A stretch of 64,000 bases of DNA from Candidatus Thorarchaeota archaeon (GTDB lineage Archaea > Asgardarchaeota > Thorarchaeia > Thorarchaeales > Thorarchaeaceae). A program made the translations under genes and the position numbers. Of this stretch, positions 29,577 through 38,761 are shown one piece after another (the first letter of the stretch is position 1; each line of letters starts with the position of its first letter). The notes below the pieces were generated by a model. It made no database searches and was not told the DNA's origin. It worked only from the letters and a program-made list of their open reading frames with translations. The stretch spans positions 9,272 through 73,271 of the forward strand of contig JBHLQM010000005.1 in the NCBI GenBank assembly GCA_048884785.1, written 5' to 3'.

Positions 29577-30292
29577 AGAAGTTCTGATGGCTTTTCAAAA
29601 ACTAGCGTGCCCTCCGGCGCTTTTAATTCTTCGCCAGGATTTGCCCACGTTAGCAAAGTTGGAATCATTTCGCACCTTCTTGCAGCTTCGATATCAATAC
29701 CCACATAGTTGCCAACAAAAACACATTTGCGTGGATTGACGCCCAGCTCGATTGCAGCTTTAATCAAAGTGTAGGGATTTGGTTTGGCGAAACCTATGAC
29801 ACCAGTCCACTGCAGTGTACGAAACATGGCTCTGATTCCAAATCTATTTAGTAGTGGCTCTGGGTCATGATTTCTTCTTGTACAAATTCCAAGAAGAAAA
29901 CCTCGATTATATAGCTCTTTAATTGTGAATAGAGCATCCGAGGTGAAGTACTCAAAATCACCAATAAGAGCGTCATGCCACTGTGACTCAATTGAATGAA
30001 TCACATCATCTGACAGATTGGCAATGCCAAGATGCTCAAAATGAATCCTGTCAAAAGGAATCCAATCACTTGGTTTAGTTCCCCAATGCATATCAACGCA
30101 ATTCTTCAGCTGAAATGCATTCAAAGCTTCAATAGATATCTGATTGGCCTGGTCCATCTGGTCATCACTAAACGGACTAAGGTCTATTCCATGTTTTGCA
30201 GAAATCCTGCGGAACACCGACGTAATGCTTTCTTTTAGTTCTGTCAGTGTGTGATGTAGGTCAAAAAGGATAGCTGATGCATCCATGGTCAA
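29534..30292 (-). CDS. HAD family hydrolase
   Basis: FDLHHTL (motif I variant), GICT, AKPNP, FVGN...DI.AA. Confidence 0.85.
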   Translation of the reverse strand: MTMDASAILFDLHHTLTELKESITSVFRRISAKHGIDLSPFSDDQMDQANQISIEALNAFQLKNCVDMHWGTKPSDWIPFDRIHFEHLGIANLSDDVIHSIESQWHDALIGDFEYFTSDALFTIKELYNRGFLLGICTRRNHDPEPLLNRFGIRAMFRTLQWTGVIGFAKPNPYTLIKAAIELGVNPRKCVFVGNYVGIDIEAARRCEMIPTLLTWANPGEELKAPEGTLVFEKPSELLQVFISPSEVVSLE

Positions 30293-30428
30293 GTTTCCTC
30301 ACTGTAGTATTCAGTTTTGTAAGGATTATTAGGGATTAGAAGAGTGTTCCTGTCATCAGAAATCTCTATGCGATACCTTCAAGAATGATTATACTTCGCA
30401 TGCTCTAGGATACCCGGGAGAATCTAGT

Positions 30429-31622
30429 ATGAAGAATGTGGCCATCATTGGAAATGGCATGGCAGCTGTGACTGCCATCCGTGAAATTCGGAGTTTTGAT
30501 GAAGATATTCCAATTGATGTTTTTACCGAGGAGCATTACACTTACTATCCGAGACCAAAGCTCATTGACTATATCAGGGGAGATTTAGATGAAGATAAGG
30601 TGATTCAGTATGATGCGAATTGGTACTCGGAAAAGCTTGTGAATCTCCATTTATCCGAAAAGGTGCATGATATAATTCCGGATTCAAGAAGTGTGCTGAC
30701 AAAAACTAATACCTATATTGGATATGACCGAATACTATTAGCAATGGGGAGCCGCCCATTTGTCCCCCCCATTCATGGAACTGAAAAGAAGAATGTTCAT
30801 GTTTTAAGAACACTAGATGATGCAGTTGATATCAGGGAAGCTGTGAAAGGAACAGGTCGAGAGATAATTATTGGCGGAGGAATTTTGGGTATTGAGCTTG
30901 CCGCAGCCATCAAACATTCTGGTGGAGATCCCATAGTAATTTCCAATATCGGTACGCTCTTGCCAGCCCAACTCGACCAAGGAGCAAGTAATGTATTAAT
31001 GTCCAGTCTTCAAAGGATGGGAATCTCTGTTTTGCTTGGTTTCTCCTGCAGCCAAGTTCTAGGACATGAATTGGCAACAGGAGTTATGTCAGATAAGGGA
31101 GATAAAGTAAAAGGAGATTTGATCATAATTGCCGCAGGCATAAGAGCTAACACTCAGATTGCAAAAGATGCTGGTCTTGAAATTGGCCCCGGAAAGGCAA
31201 TCCTAGTTGACAAGTATATGCAGACATCCAAACGAGGCATTTATGCTGCCGGTGATTGTACAGAGTGGAACGGAATCTGTTGGGGAATAATTCCTGTTGC
31301 AATTGATACCGCAAAGATTGCAGCGCAAAACATGATTAATGAAGGGAGCGCAATCTATGAAGGAACTACGCCAAGCAACACACTGCAGGTTGCGAGTATT
31401 GATTTGACTTCAATCGGATTGTTCGAGCCAAAATCCACTGAATACGAGTCGATAGTCATGTCTAGATCTGAGGAAGGTACGTATTATAAGGCAGTTATGA
31501 AGGACCATGTAGTGGTTGGCGGCATCTCTCTCGGAAATAGAAAGGTCGCAATGAAGCTGCGGAAATTGATTCGTGAAAAAACTGATGTATCAGATGTCCG
31601 CCATGAGATATTCGAAGTCTGA
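30429..31622 (+). CDS. NAD(P)H/FAD-dependent oxidoreductase (NADH:rubredoxin oxidoreductase / NirB N-terminal-like)
   Basis: IIGNGMAA, Y.RP.L, LAMGS, IGGGILGIE, IYAAGDC. Confidence 0.88.
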   Translation: MKNVAIIGNGMAAVTAIREIRSFDEDIPIDVFTEEHYTYYPRPKLIDYIRGDLDEDKVIQYDANWYSEKLVNLHLSEKVHDIIPDSRSVLTKTNTYIGYDRILLAMGSRPFVPPIHGTEKKNVHVLRTLDDAVDIREAVKGTGREIIIGGGILGIELAAAIKHSGGDPIVISNIGTLLPAQLDQGASNVLMSSLQRMGISVLLGFSCSQVLGHELATGVMSDKGDKVKGDLIIIAAGIRANTQIAKDAGLEIGPGKAILVDKYMQTSKRGIYAAGDCTEWNGICWGIIPVAIDTAKIAAQNMINEGSAIYEGTTPSNTLQVASIDLTSIGLFEPKSTEYESIVMSRSEEGTYYKAVMKDHVVVGGISLGNRKVAMKLRKLIREKTDVSDVRHEIFEV

Positions 31623-31625
31623 TTT

Positions 31626-32915
31626 CTATTCTATCTCCTCTACCAAAGGCTGACGTTCTTTTCCTTGGGGAATCAAGGAAATCACACGTTTCGCCGAATC
31701 ACGTAGTTCTTCCATATGAGTTACTACGATTACTTGATTAACTGACTTTAGTCCTGAAATTGCCTGTGGCAACCACATTCGTCTGCGTGAGTCGAGACCG
31801 GCGCCTGGTTCATCCAAGATAATTAGCCCAGGAGGTGGTCCAGTTTTGGAATGTTTCTGCAATGCAGTATTAACAGCAACACGCAAGGCAAAATTAACAC
31901 ACACATCTTCACCGCCAGATGCAGCACTCAAACTCACTTTGTTTCCTCTTAGGTCATAGAGCGAAACTTCGTAGTCATCGTCAATGATTAGGTCACTGTA
32001 CCGATCCCCAAAGATTCCTCGAAAAATATCTCGAGCTTCTTCTCGGATATACGGACGCAACTGATTCTCTGCAATATCTGGCACTATCTCCAATATCGTT
32101 TTCAAATATTTAGCAATATCAGTTTCTTCCTTTAGGTCCTTATATTCATCCGTGATTTCTGAAGAATCCAATTGCTCCAGAACAGTATTTAGGGATTTTT
32201 CAACTTTGAGCAGCACCAATTTGACCGAGGCCAATTCATCACCAACTTTCATCTCCTCAATTAGCTTGGCTATAGTTTCGAGTGCCGTTCTTATTTCATC
32301 AACCGAAGGGAGGTGGGTCTTTATGGCCTCCAAACGAGTACGAGTGTCTTCAATCGTCTCGATTTGCTTCTTCAAATCTCGTAGCTGTTTTTGAACACGC
32401 TCACCAGTTTTATCATAGATACCCAATCCCATCATATTGTAAAGGTCTGACCTTCTCGTTTTTGGAGTCATCCTAGACAATCTGTCAATCTCGCCTTGCC
32501 TCACATAAGTGAGAGCTGAAAATGCGTGCCGATCCATTCCAATTAGCTTGACAATCTCTTCATCAACTTTTGAAGCCCCTGAAAGGAATGGTTGCTTTTC
32601 ATTTTCCTCGTAGAGATCTGCATTGGTTTCGCTAGGATGTATTGAACGCTTTACAACATATGATCTTCTATTCACGGGAGCTATAAAGCTCAGTTCGACC
32701 AATGCCCTTTTCCTTCCGTGGCGAATTAAATCCTCAACACGAGGCACTTTTTTCTCCTTGCGCGTCACCTGTCTAAAAAGTGCGAATTCAATTGCTTCGA
32801 GTATTGTTGTCTTTCCAGAACCATTTGGTCCAACGATTGCCGTGGTTCCCGGATGGAAAACAAACTCCTGATCATTGAATACCTTGAAATCATTGAGATA
32901 GAGTCTTGAGAGCAT
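31626..32915 (-). CDS. rad50: Rad50/SbcC-like SMC-family ATPase with very short coiled coil and no zinc hook
   Basis: GPNGSGKTT..EAI.FAL, Q-loop YVRQGEI, SGGE signature, ILDEP, VTH; only 429 aa. Confidence 0.8.
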   Translation of the reverse strand: MLSRLYLNDFKVFNDQEFVFHPGTTAIVGPNGSGKTTILEAIEFALFRQVTRKEKKVPRVEDLIRHGRKRALVELSFIAPVNRRSYVVKRSIHPSETNADLYEENEKQPFLSGASKVDEEIVKLIGMDRHAFSALTYVRQGEIDRLSRMTPKTRRSDLYNMMGLGIYDKTGERVQKQLRDLKKQIETIEDTRTRLEAIKTHLPSVDEIRTALETIAKLIEEMKVGDELASVKLVLLKVEKSLNTVLEQLDSSEITDEYKDLKEETDIAKYLKTILEIVPDIAENQLRPYIREEARDIFRGIFGDRYSDLIIDDDYEVSLYDLRGNKVSLSAASGGEDVCVNFALRVAVNTALQKHSKTGPPPGLIILDEPGAGLDSRRRMWLPQAISGLKSVNQVIVVTHMEELRDSAKRVISLIPQGKERQPLVEEIE

Positions 32916-33989
32916 TCAGATACCTCCAATCTTATTCAGTTCGCTGAGAACTCTATCGGAATCTTTGTACTTCATATGACTCAGATATTCTTTCAAAGAA
33001 GTCTCAACATTCAATGGGGCAGAGAGTTCAACTGAGTCGGGTCCCACTACCTGCCAATTGGGCTCAATATGAAGGAATAGAGGATTTAACTGGGATTCTC
33101 CAAATTCAATCAATCCGTTTCTCTCAATGCCGCTTTCGGTTTCAAGGTCTACGATTCCATTTACATTCACAATAATAATCGGTTTGCCCTTCTTCCTAGG
33201 AGAGAGACCGTTCAACCAAGACTTGATCGCAGCATTTGCTTCTTCTGAATTCATACCGGTAATGTCGAGACCCGTATGGAACTTGAACTCTCTCACATCA
33301 TTCAGCTTTTCTGTCGAGAACTCAATACCATTAGCATCAATGTCAGCAATAATCAGCTTCCTTGTTCCATTCATCTCTCGCTTCCAATCCACAACGCATG
33401 TAGAACCGGGTCTACCAATTGCGTACTCCTCATCAAGTCGAAAAGTATGTGCATGTCCATATCCAATGTAGTCGTACCGAGCAGGCATCTCATCAGCGGG
33501 CAATGATAAATCATGAGAGAATAGCAAAGTAATGGCACCTTGGGTTTCCATTTCTGACATATACCTCTCAAAAGATCTATTTCGAGTCCAAGATATCAAA
33601 TGCATCTGAACATGCTTGCCGTCTACTTCCATTGCTATGTCGCGTACGTCACTTTCTCCTGTTGAGATGAAAAGCCCTGTATTTTCCAACATCCATAATG
33701 GGCTCTGTGCATGATGATATCCATAGGGGACATCATGATTTCCGTGCAAAACTACGACTATTGCTTTATCATTTACATTCTTGAGCAAGTCAATCGCAAA
33801 ATTAGTATCCTCATATGTAGGAAATGGAGTATCAAATAGGTCACCTGTGTGAACAAGGATATCGGGCGAATGTCGCATAGCCATGTCCACAGCTTTTTGC
33901 AAACACCTACGAGCGTCTTCACGTCGCTCCACTAATTGAAAAAGTGAAGAGCCAAGATGGGAGTCTGATATGTGCGCTATGCGAACCAT
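32916..33989 (-). CDS. mre11: Mre11/SbcD-like metallophosphoesterase nuclease
   Basis: SDSHLG, TGDLFD, GNHD, SHD, GHAH, RPGS; abuts the Rad50-like gene. Confidence 0.85.
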   Translation of the reverse strand: MVRIAHISDSHLGSSLFQLVERREDARRCLQKAVDMAMRHSPDILVHTGDLFDTPFPTYEDTNFAIDLLKNVNDKAIVVVLHGNHDVPYGYHHAQSPLWMLENTGLFISTGESDVRDIAMEVDGKHVQMHLISWTRNRSFERYMSEMETQGAITLLFSHDLSLPADEMPARYDYIGYGHAHTFRLDEEYAIGRPGSTCVVDWKREMNGTRKLIIADIDANGIEFSTEKLNDVREFKFHTGLDITGMNSEEANAAIKSWLNGLSPRKKGKPIIIVNVNGIVDLETESGIERNGLIEFGESQLNPLFLHIEPNWQVVGPDSVELSAPLNVETSLKEYLSHMKYKDSDRVLSELNKIGGI

Positions 33990-34198
33990 TGAGCCCCTGT
34001 CCTCCAAGTGGACCGTATATAGCCAAGAGGTTCCTCGAATCTCTGGCTCATGACTCCCGAGTATTTGAATGATTTTGTTAAAGATAGTAAATCCAAATTA
34101 AATGGTCTTTGCGTATCCTTTAATAGCAACCAACATGATGCCTAACCAAAACCTTGACTTCGTCGCATTTCCGAGGAGGTCAACAATGGTGATTAACA

Positions 34199-34786
34199 AT
34201 GAAATTGAGAGGATCAAAAACTGAGAAGAACCTCCTAACTTCATTTGCTGGCGAATCGCAGGCACGCAATAGGTATACTATGGCTGCCAAAACTGCCAAG
34301 AATGAAGGCTATGCTCACATATCTGCAATCTTTCTGGAAACTGCAGGTCATGAACTAGAGCATGCAAAGCGGTTCTTCAAACTCCTCAAAGAGGGCGGAG
34401 CGACTGAGACAATAAAAGTGGAATGGGATTTCCCAACTTCAGGCTCATATGAGAGCACGGAAGAAATCCTTAGACACGCTGCTGCTGGTGAAAAATTCGA
34501 GTTCACAGAGATGTACCCAGGATATGCGAAGATTGCTGAAGAAGAGGGCTTTCCAAATATTGCTCACGCATGGAAATCTATTGCCCATGCAGAATCTTGG
34601 CATCACAGTAGATACATCGCACTTGCAGGTCAAATTGCAGATGGCTCGATATTTAAGAAGAAGGAGAAGGTCCAGTGGCGATGTGAGAACTGTGGATATA
34701 TCCACGAAGGCAATTATCCTCCCGACAAATGTCCCGCATGCCTTCACGAAAAGGGATACTTTATGCTCCACTTTAAGGAGTACTAA
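34199..34786 (+). CDS. rbr: Rubrerythrin
   Basis: FAGESQARNRY, ETA..E.EHAK, GE..E...MY, E..H, C-terminal CENC...CPAC rubredoxin-like site. Confidence 0.95.
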   Translation: MKLRGSKTEKNLLTSFAGESQARNRYTMAAKTAKNEGYAHISAIFLETAGHELEHAKRFFKLLKEGGATETIKVEWDFPTSGSYESTEEILRHAAAGEKFEFTEMYPGYAKIAEEEGFPNIAHAWKSIAHAESWHHSRYIALAGQIADGSIFKKKEKVQWRCENCGYIHEGNYPPDKCPACLHEKGYFMLHFKEY

Positions 34787-34801
34787 TTCCCAACACATCT
34801 A

Positions 34802-34842
34802 GCCTTGGTTTAACGTAGAACCAAGGCAGACACTCTTTTTTG
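34802..34842 (+). terminator. Hairpin plus oligo-T after rubrerythrin
   Basis: GCCTTGGTT-taacgtag-AACCAAGGC followed by CTCTTTTTT. Confidence 0.55.
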
Positions 34843-35107
34843 CGATATATACGAAGATAGAGAGTGATGGAACAGAGAGTAAAACGCCAATCTCGGAAGG
34901 GGGTGTTTGTGTTGAATCAGGGGGTGTCAAAAACATGTCGGTCGCTTTACCTCTGTCCTCAAGCACAGCCAAATCATTCCCGAGATATAGAAATGTGTAT
35001 TACTGGGTTCTTGTATTGATTCGTTTTTGGGAGAGTTGCTTGTTCAAAGCTAGAGAGAAATGCCTAAATGCCGGATTCCAAATCGCCTCATCAGGAGTTT
35101 GATTTTG

Positions 35108-35437
35108 ATGAGTAGCCAACCATTGCTGGATCTTATGAGAGAACGAATCGCCATTGGACTTGAAAGGGAGAAAACAATGCAAGCCATTGATGGGTGGGAA
35201 AGAACAGCCCTATTAATGCTGAAAGATGGTCCAATGTATCACTTCATTGTGAAAGACAACATCATCACAGTTCATGAAGGTTTGCTAGAGAATGCAGATA
35301 TGAAGATTGAGAGTGATGAGGAAACAATAAGAAAGCTTTTCCTTGAAGAAATGAGCGCCGCCTCGGCTCTTCTGAAACGTAAGCTCAAAGTTAAGGGATC
35401 TGCAAGTGATTTAATGAAAATCCGGCATATCTTCTAA
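35108..35437 (+). CDS. SCP2 sterol/lipid-binding domain protein
   Basis: ADMKIESDEET...LF...SA.SALLKRKLKVKGS..DLMK. Confidence 0.85.
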   Translation: MSSQPLLDLMRERIAIGLEREKTMQAIDGWERTALLMLKDGPMYHFIVKDNIITVHEGLLENADMKIESDEETIRKLFLEEMSAASALLKRKLKVKGSASDLMKIRHIF

Positions 35438-38400
35438 GGCTTTTTCCCACTCTCCAATCCTAGCTCTTTTGTGTCTCCGGTATAATTCAGTTAAGCCAAT
35501 GGCTACAGTGACTATGGATATCGATGCCAAAGTTGCCATCTCGCTGGAGATCTTAAGTCTAACTAGAATATTCACTTGGCTGCTTTGAAAAGCCCCCGAT
35601 GCTGCGAAAACTGCAAGAGTGAGAGTATGTTCACCAAGAAGGAGATGATCTAATCTTGTCGATATTATGCCTGACACGTTAAGAGTGCCATATGAAATCT
35701 CAGCGCCATCATATGAGATAGTGTACTCTACAGGCTCGTCAATCCAAACCACCCATGTCACTTGAGCGAATGATTGATTGGTGTAGATTACTAGGTCCCC
35801 TTGATTGCTGATTAGTGGAAAAGTATAATCAGTGCCTGAAATGTGCAGTGGATGCAGATCATATGAGTTGGAATCTACTCCAATTGAGTAATTTCCCTCT
35901 CCACCGTAGTCATCCCAAAGATTCCCGATACCATCCGAATTATCCCAGGTGTTCCCACTTTCTCCTCGTACATGCGCATTTTGATTATCATGAAATAGGT
36001 TTCCGTATATTGAATTCCCATTGCTGGATTCAATGACCATTCCGGCATCATCGCTGAAAGCTATTTCATTAAATGCAATTGTGTTATCTTGGGATTCTGA
36101 AACATAGATTCCAGTGAACCGCGATGATAGGATATGGTTTCCAATCACGTTTGTACGAATAGACCGAGAAATATGGATTCCCATATAACATTGAGAAAAT
36201 GTATTTCCCACAATATCCACGGGGTTTCTGTAGTTGACCTGATAGACGAATATGCCAGCCCATCCAGCACTGATTCTATTTCCAGTGATTTCTGCTTCAA
36301 TATACCAATATAGAGTGATGCCCTCCGTATCAGCGGTTATTTGGTTTTCTGATATCATGATAAAACCTGAATCACTGACAAACAGTCCTCTTGCAGCAAG
36401 AAATGAGTTTCTGGCAATATGAATATCGGAACTACCCCAAATATTAAGTCCCAAACCGTAGATTGAAACAAAATCTGAATTATGGATTGAAACAAAATCC
36501 GACGCGATAATATCGATTCCCAAATCGTTGACTTCAAGACTGGAATTATTGATTGACACAGAATCAGAATATCTAATCCTTATTCCAGAACGTCCGTGAT
36601 GCATTGTAATTTTGTGTAATGTTACATCGTTGGAATAATCGACAGTCAAGCCATATTCAGTGAAATAAGAAAGAAAGATGTTGGCAATAGAGATATTGTG
36701 GGAGAACGCGATTTGGAAAGGCCTCCCGACACTCGATATGCTCCCCTTCTCGATTATAATGTCACTGCAGCTGACGAGAATCACTTGCCCATAATTATCA
36801 GCCGTAAGTATGCTGCGCTCCATTCCGACCAGAAATGCCAACGGTTTGCCATTCACACTAATATTTGAGAATTGATGAATGTATTCCATCAATTGGGATC
36901 CCTCTATGGTAATCCCATTTCCTAGAAAATTCGAATCAGCTACTTCAATCTGCTTTGAGAAAAAAATTCCCAGACCAGACGTAGAGGGCAATGATGATGG
37001 TAGAAAAAGTGATTCGATTATAGAAATATTGTTTGAAAAGCCAACACGAAATTCCTCCATTTGGCATTTCTCAATTTTAAAGTCATTACTCGCACCAACA
37101 TCAAAGGATTTGACCTTGACATTCTCAATGGATGTTTCGTTACAGTTCGAGGTGGAGAAGGAGCCATAGATGGTTGAGTTTGCTACTGTAATTTGCTTGG
37201 AATCTGATAAGTAGAGATGTTCTGTGAAAATATTTGCAATGGATGTTTCATTACAGTTCGAGCTGGAGAAGGTATCATAGATAATAGTGTTCGTTATTGT
37301 TGTCTTGTTGCAGTTCGAGCTGGAGAAGGAGCCATAGATGGTTGAGTTTGCTACTGTGATTTGCTTAGAATCTGATAAGTAGAGATATTCTGTGAAAACA
37401 TTTCTTAGCGATACATTTTCCGACCGGGTAACACTGATCCCGAGTTCAATACTTAATCCGTGTTCATTGGATATTTCGACATTCCTAATAGATTGAAGCA
37501 GTAGAAAGGAGAAATCAGTTGCATTTATTGTCATATCGTGAATATTCCCAAAATAGCCAATTGGCTTGTCCTCGATCGTCACGTTAACTAATTCATAGCT
37601 TGCGCTTAGGGGATCAAGAACCCCTTTTGGGATGAAAGCATTTCGTACCTCAGAAATAGCCGTATTCATAATTTTGCCGTTCTTGTTGCCTGAAAAGGCA
37701 AATCCTATTTCAGATTCAAGTATTTGGCATCGTTCTATCAGAAAACTTTCTGTATACGAAATGCTAATAGCTAGGTATTGTCCTTTGAGAGTTGAATCCA
37801 CAAGAGAAATGTTTGTGCAACTGTAAACGTAGAGTGCAGTACTCCCATAGTATGCTCCAATGTAACCTATGAAAAAGCACTCTGATATGATTAGGTCTCT
37901 GGAAGAATCGACATGGATTCCACGACCATAGATTGTGTTTTTGTGTATGATGATGCTTTCTGAATTCAAAACATCCAAACTAGAAAGAAAGGAATTAGCT
38001 ATTGTACAATAATTCGAACCATTAATCTGAAATGCTGATTCAGTGGGTATGTTAGTTATATTATCAATCATGATATGAGAAGATTTCTCAATAGACACCC
38101 CGATGTCTTTCTGCAGGATATTCACTCTTCTGATGATCCCATTCGTTACATTCTCGAGAAGAATTCCGATTACTAAACCGTATCCAATTGGATATATGAT
38201 GGTGTTCAAGGATATATTGTCCAGCTCAAAAAACGCATCTGTATTTCTTATGTCTATAGCTGCCACAGGTTCTCCAACTTCGGAAGAACTGTTTTGGTCG
38301 TGGTTGATATTTGCTAGTTTGTATGGATCCTCAGGAGTACCAGATCCCGACCATCCCTGAATCTCAAAATCCTGGTTCCCATTTATGATGATTGGTTGAT

Positions 38401-38551
38401 CAGAAGAAGCAGGATTTCCTTCCAATGAAATTGGATTTGGCTTCAATGATGGGTTGGAGTCCATTCTAGAACCTTCAGTGGAAAGAGAGATTGATACATT
38501 GTAAAGGGAGCATAGTATGATAAGAGAAAGGATAATCGATAGCAATTTCAT
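35411..38551 (-). CDS. Large cell-surface right-handed parallel beta-helix (NosD/PbH1) protein with C-terminal TM anchor
   Basis: Signal peptide, PIIINGN...GSGTPEDPY, many (G/A)I.I..S.N..I.N repeats, GNLWDDY.G...D.HPL, Ig-like segment, TM and basic tail. Confidence 0.88.
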   Translation of the reverse strand: MKLLSIILSLIILCSLYNVSISLSTEGSRMDSNPSLKPNPISLEGNPASSDQPIIINGNQDFEIQGWSGSGTPEDPYKLANINHDQNSSSEVGEPVAAIDIRNTDAFFELDNISLNTIIYPIGYGLVIGILLENVTNGIIRRVNILQKDIGVSIEKSSHIMIDNITNIPTESAFQINGSNYCTIANSFLSSLDVLNSESIIIHKNTIYGRGIHVDSSRDLIISECFFIGYIGAYYGSTALYVYSCTNISLVDSTLKGQYLAISISYTESFLIERCQILESEIGFAFSGNKNGKIMNTAISEVRNAFIPKGVLDPLSASYELVNVTIEDKPIGYFGNIHDMTINATDFSFLLLQSIRNVEISNEHGLSIELGISVTRSENVSLRNVFTEYLYLSDSKQITVANSTIYGSFSSSNCNKTTITNTIIYDTFSSSNCNETSIANIFTEHLYLSDSKQITVANSTIYGSFSTSNCNETSIENVKVKSFDVGASNDFKIEKCQMEEFRVGFSNNISIIESLFLPSSLPSTSGLGIFFSKQIEVADSNFLGNGITIEGSQLMEYIHQFSNISVNGKPLAFLVGMERSILTADNYGQVILVSCSDIIIEKGSISSVGRPFQIAFSHNISIANIFLSYFTEYGLTVDYSNDVTLHKITMHHGRSGIRIRYSDSVSINNSSLEVNDLGIDIIASDFVSIHNSDFVSIYGLGLNIWGSSDIHIARNSFLAARGLFVSDSGFIMISENQITADTEGITLYWYIEAEITGNRISAGWAGIFVYQVNYRNPVDIVGNTFSQCYMGIHISRSIRTNVIGNHILSSRFTGIYVSESQDNTIAFNEIAFSDDAGMVIESSNGNSIYGNLFHDNQNAHVRGESGNTWDNSDGIGNLWDDYGGEGNYSIGVDSNSYDLHPLHISGTDYTFPLISNQGDLVIYTNQSFAQVTWVVWIDEPVEYTISYDGAEISYGTLNVSGIISTRLDHLLLGEHTLTLAVFAASGAFQSSQVNILVRLKISSEMATLASISIVTVAIGLTELYRRHKRARIGEWEKALEDMPDFH
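37126..37403. repeat. Recent intragenic tandem duplication (168-nt period) within the beta-helix gene
   Basis: 37143-37235 vs 37311-37403 show 5 mismatches in ~93 nt; a further partial copy at ~37237-37272. Confidence 0.85.
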
Positions 38552-38761
38552 TCTCAATATAGTATACTCCAGTGTAGAACAATGTGATACCATAGCTAAA
38601 GCGGTTGATTCTTTCCATTTGACAAATCAAAGCAAATTAATTAGCTGGTTACCAAAAGTATAGTAACTATACAGATTCTACTGCATGCAATCTACGTAAA
38701 TATTCAGGAATCTTTATTTCACGGATTAGGGAGTTCTGTCCTCTGACTTGGAGGTTCGAAG

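Noticed and set aside
37126-37403. Template/variable repeat pair of a diversity-generating retroelement
   Set aside because: The mismatches are not confined to adenines of one copy, both copies are in frame within one gene, and there is no reverse transcriptase in the window.
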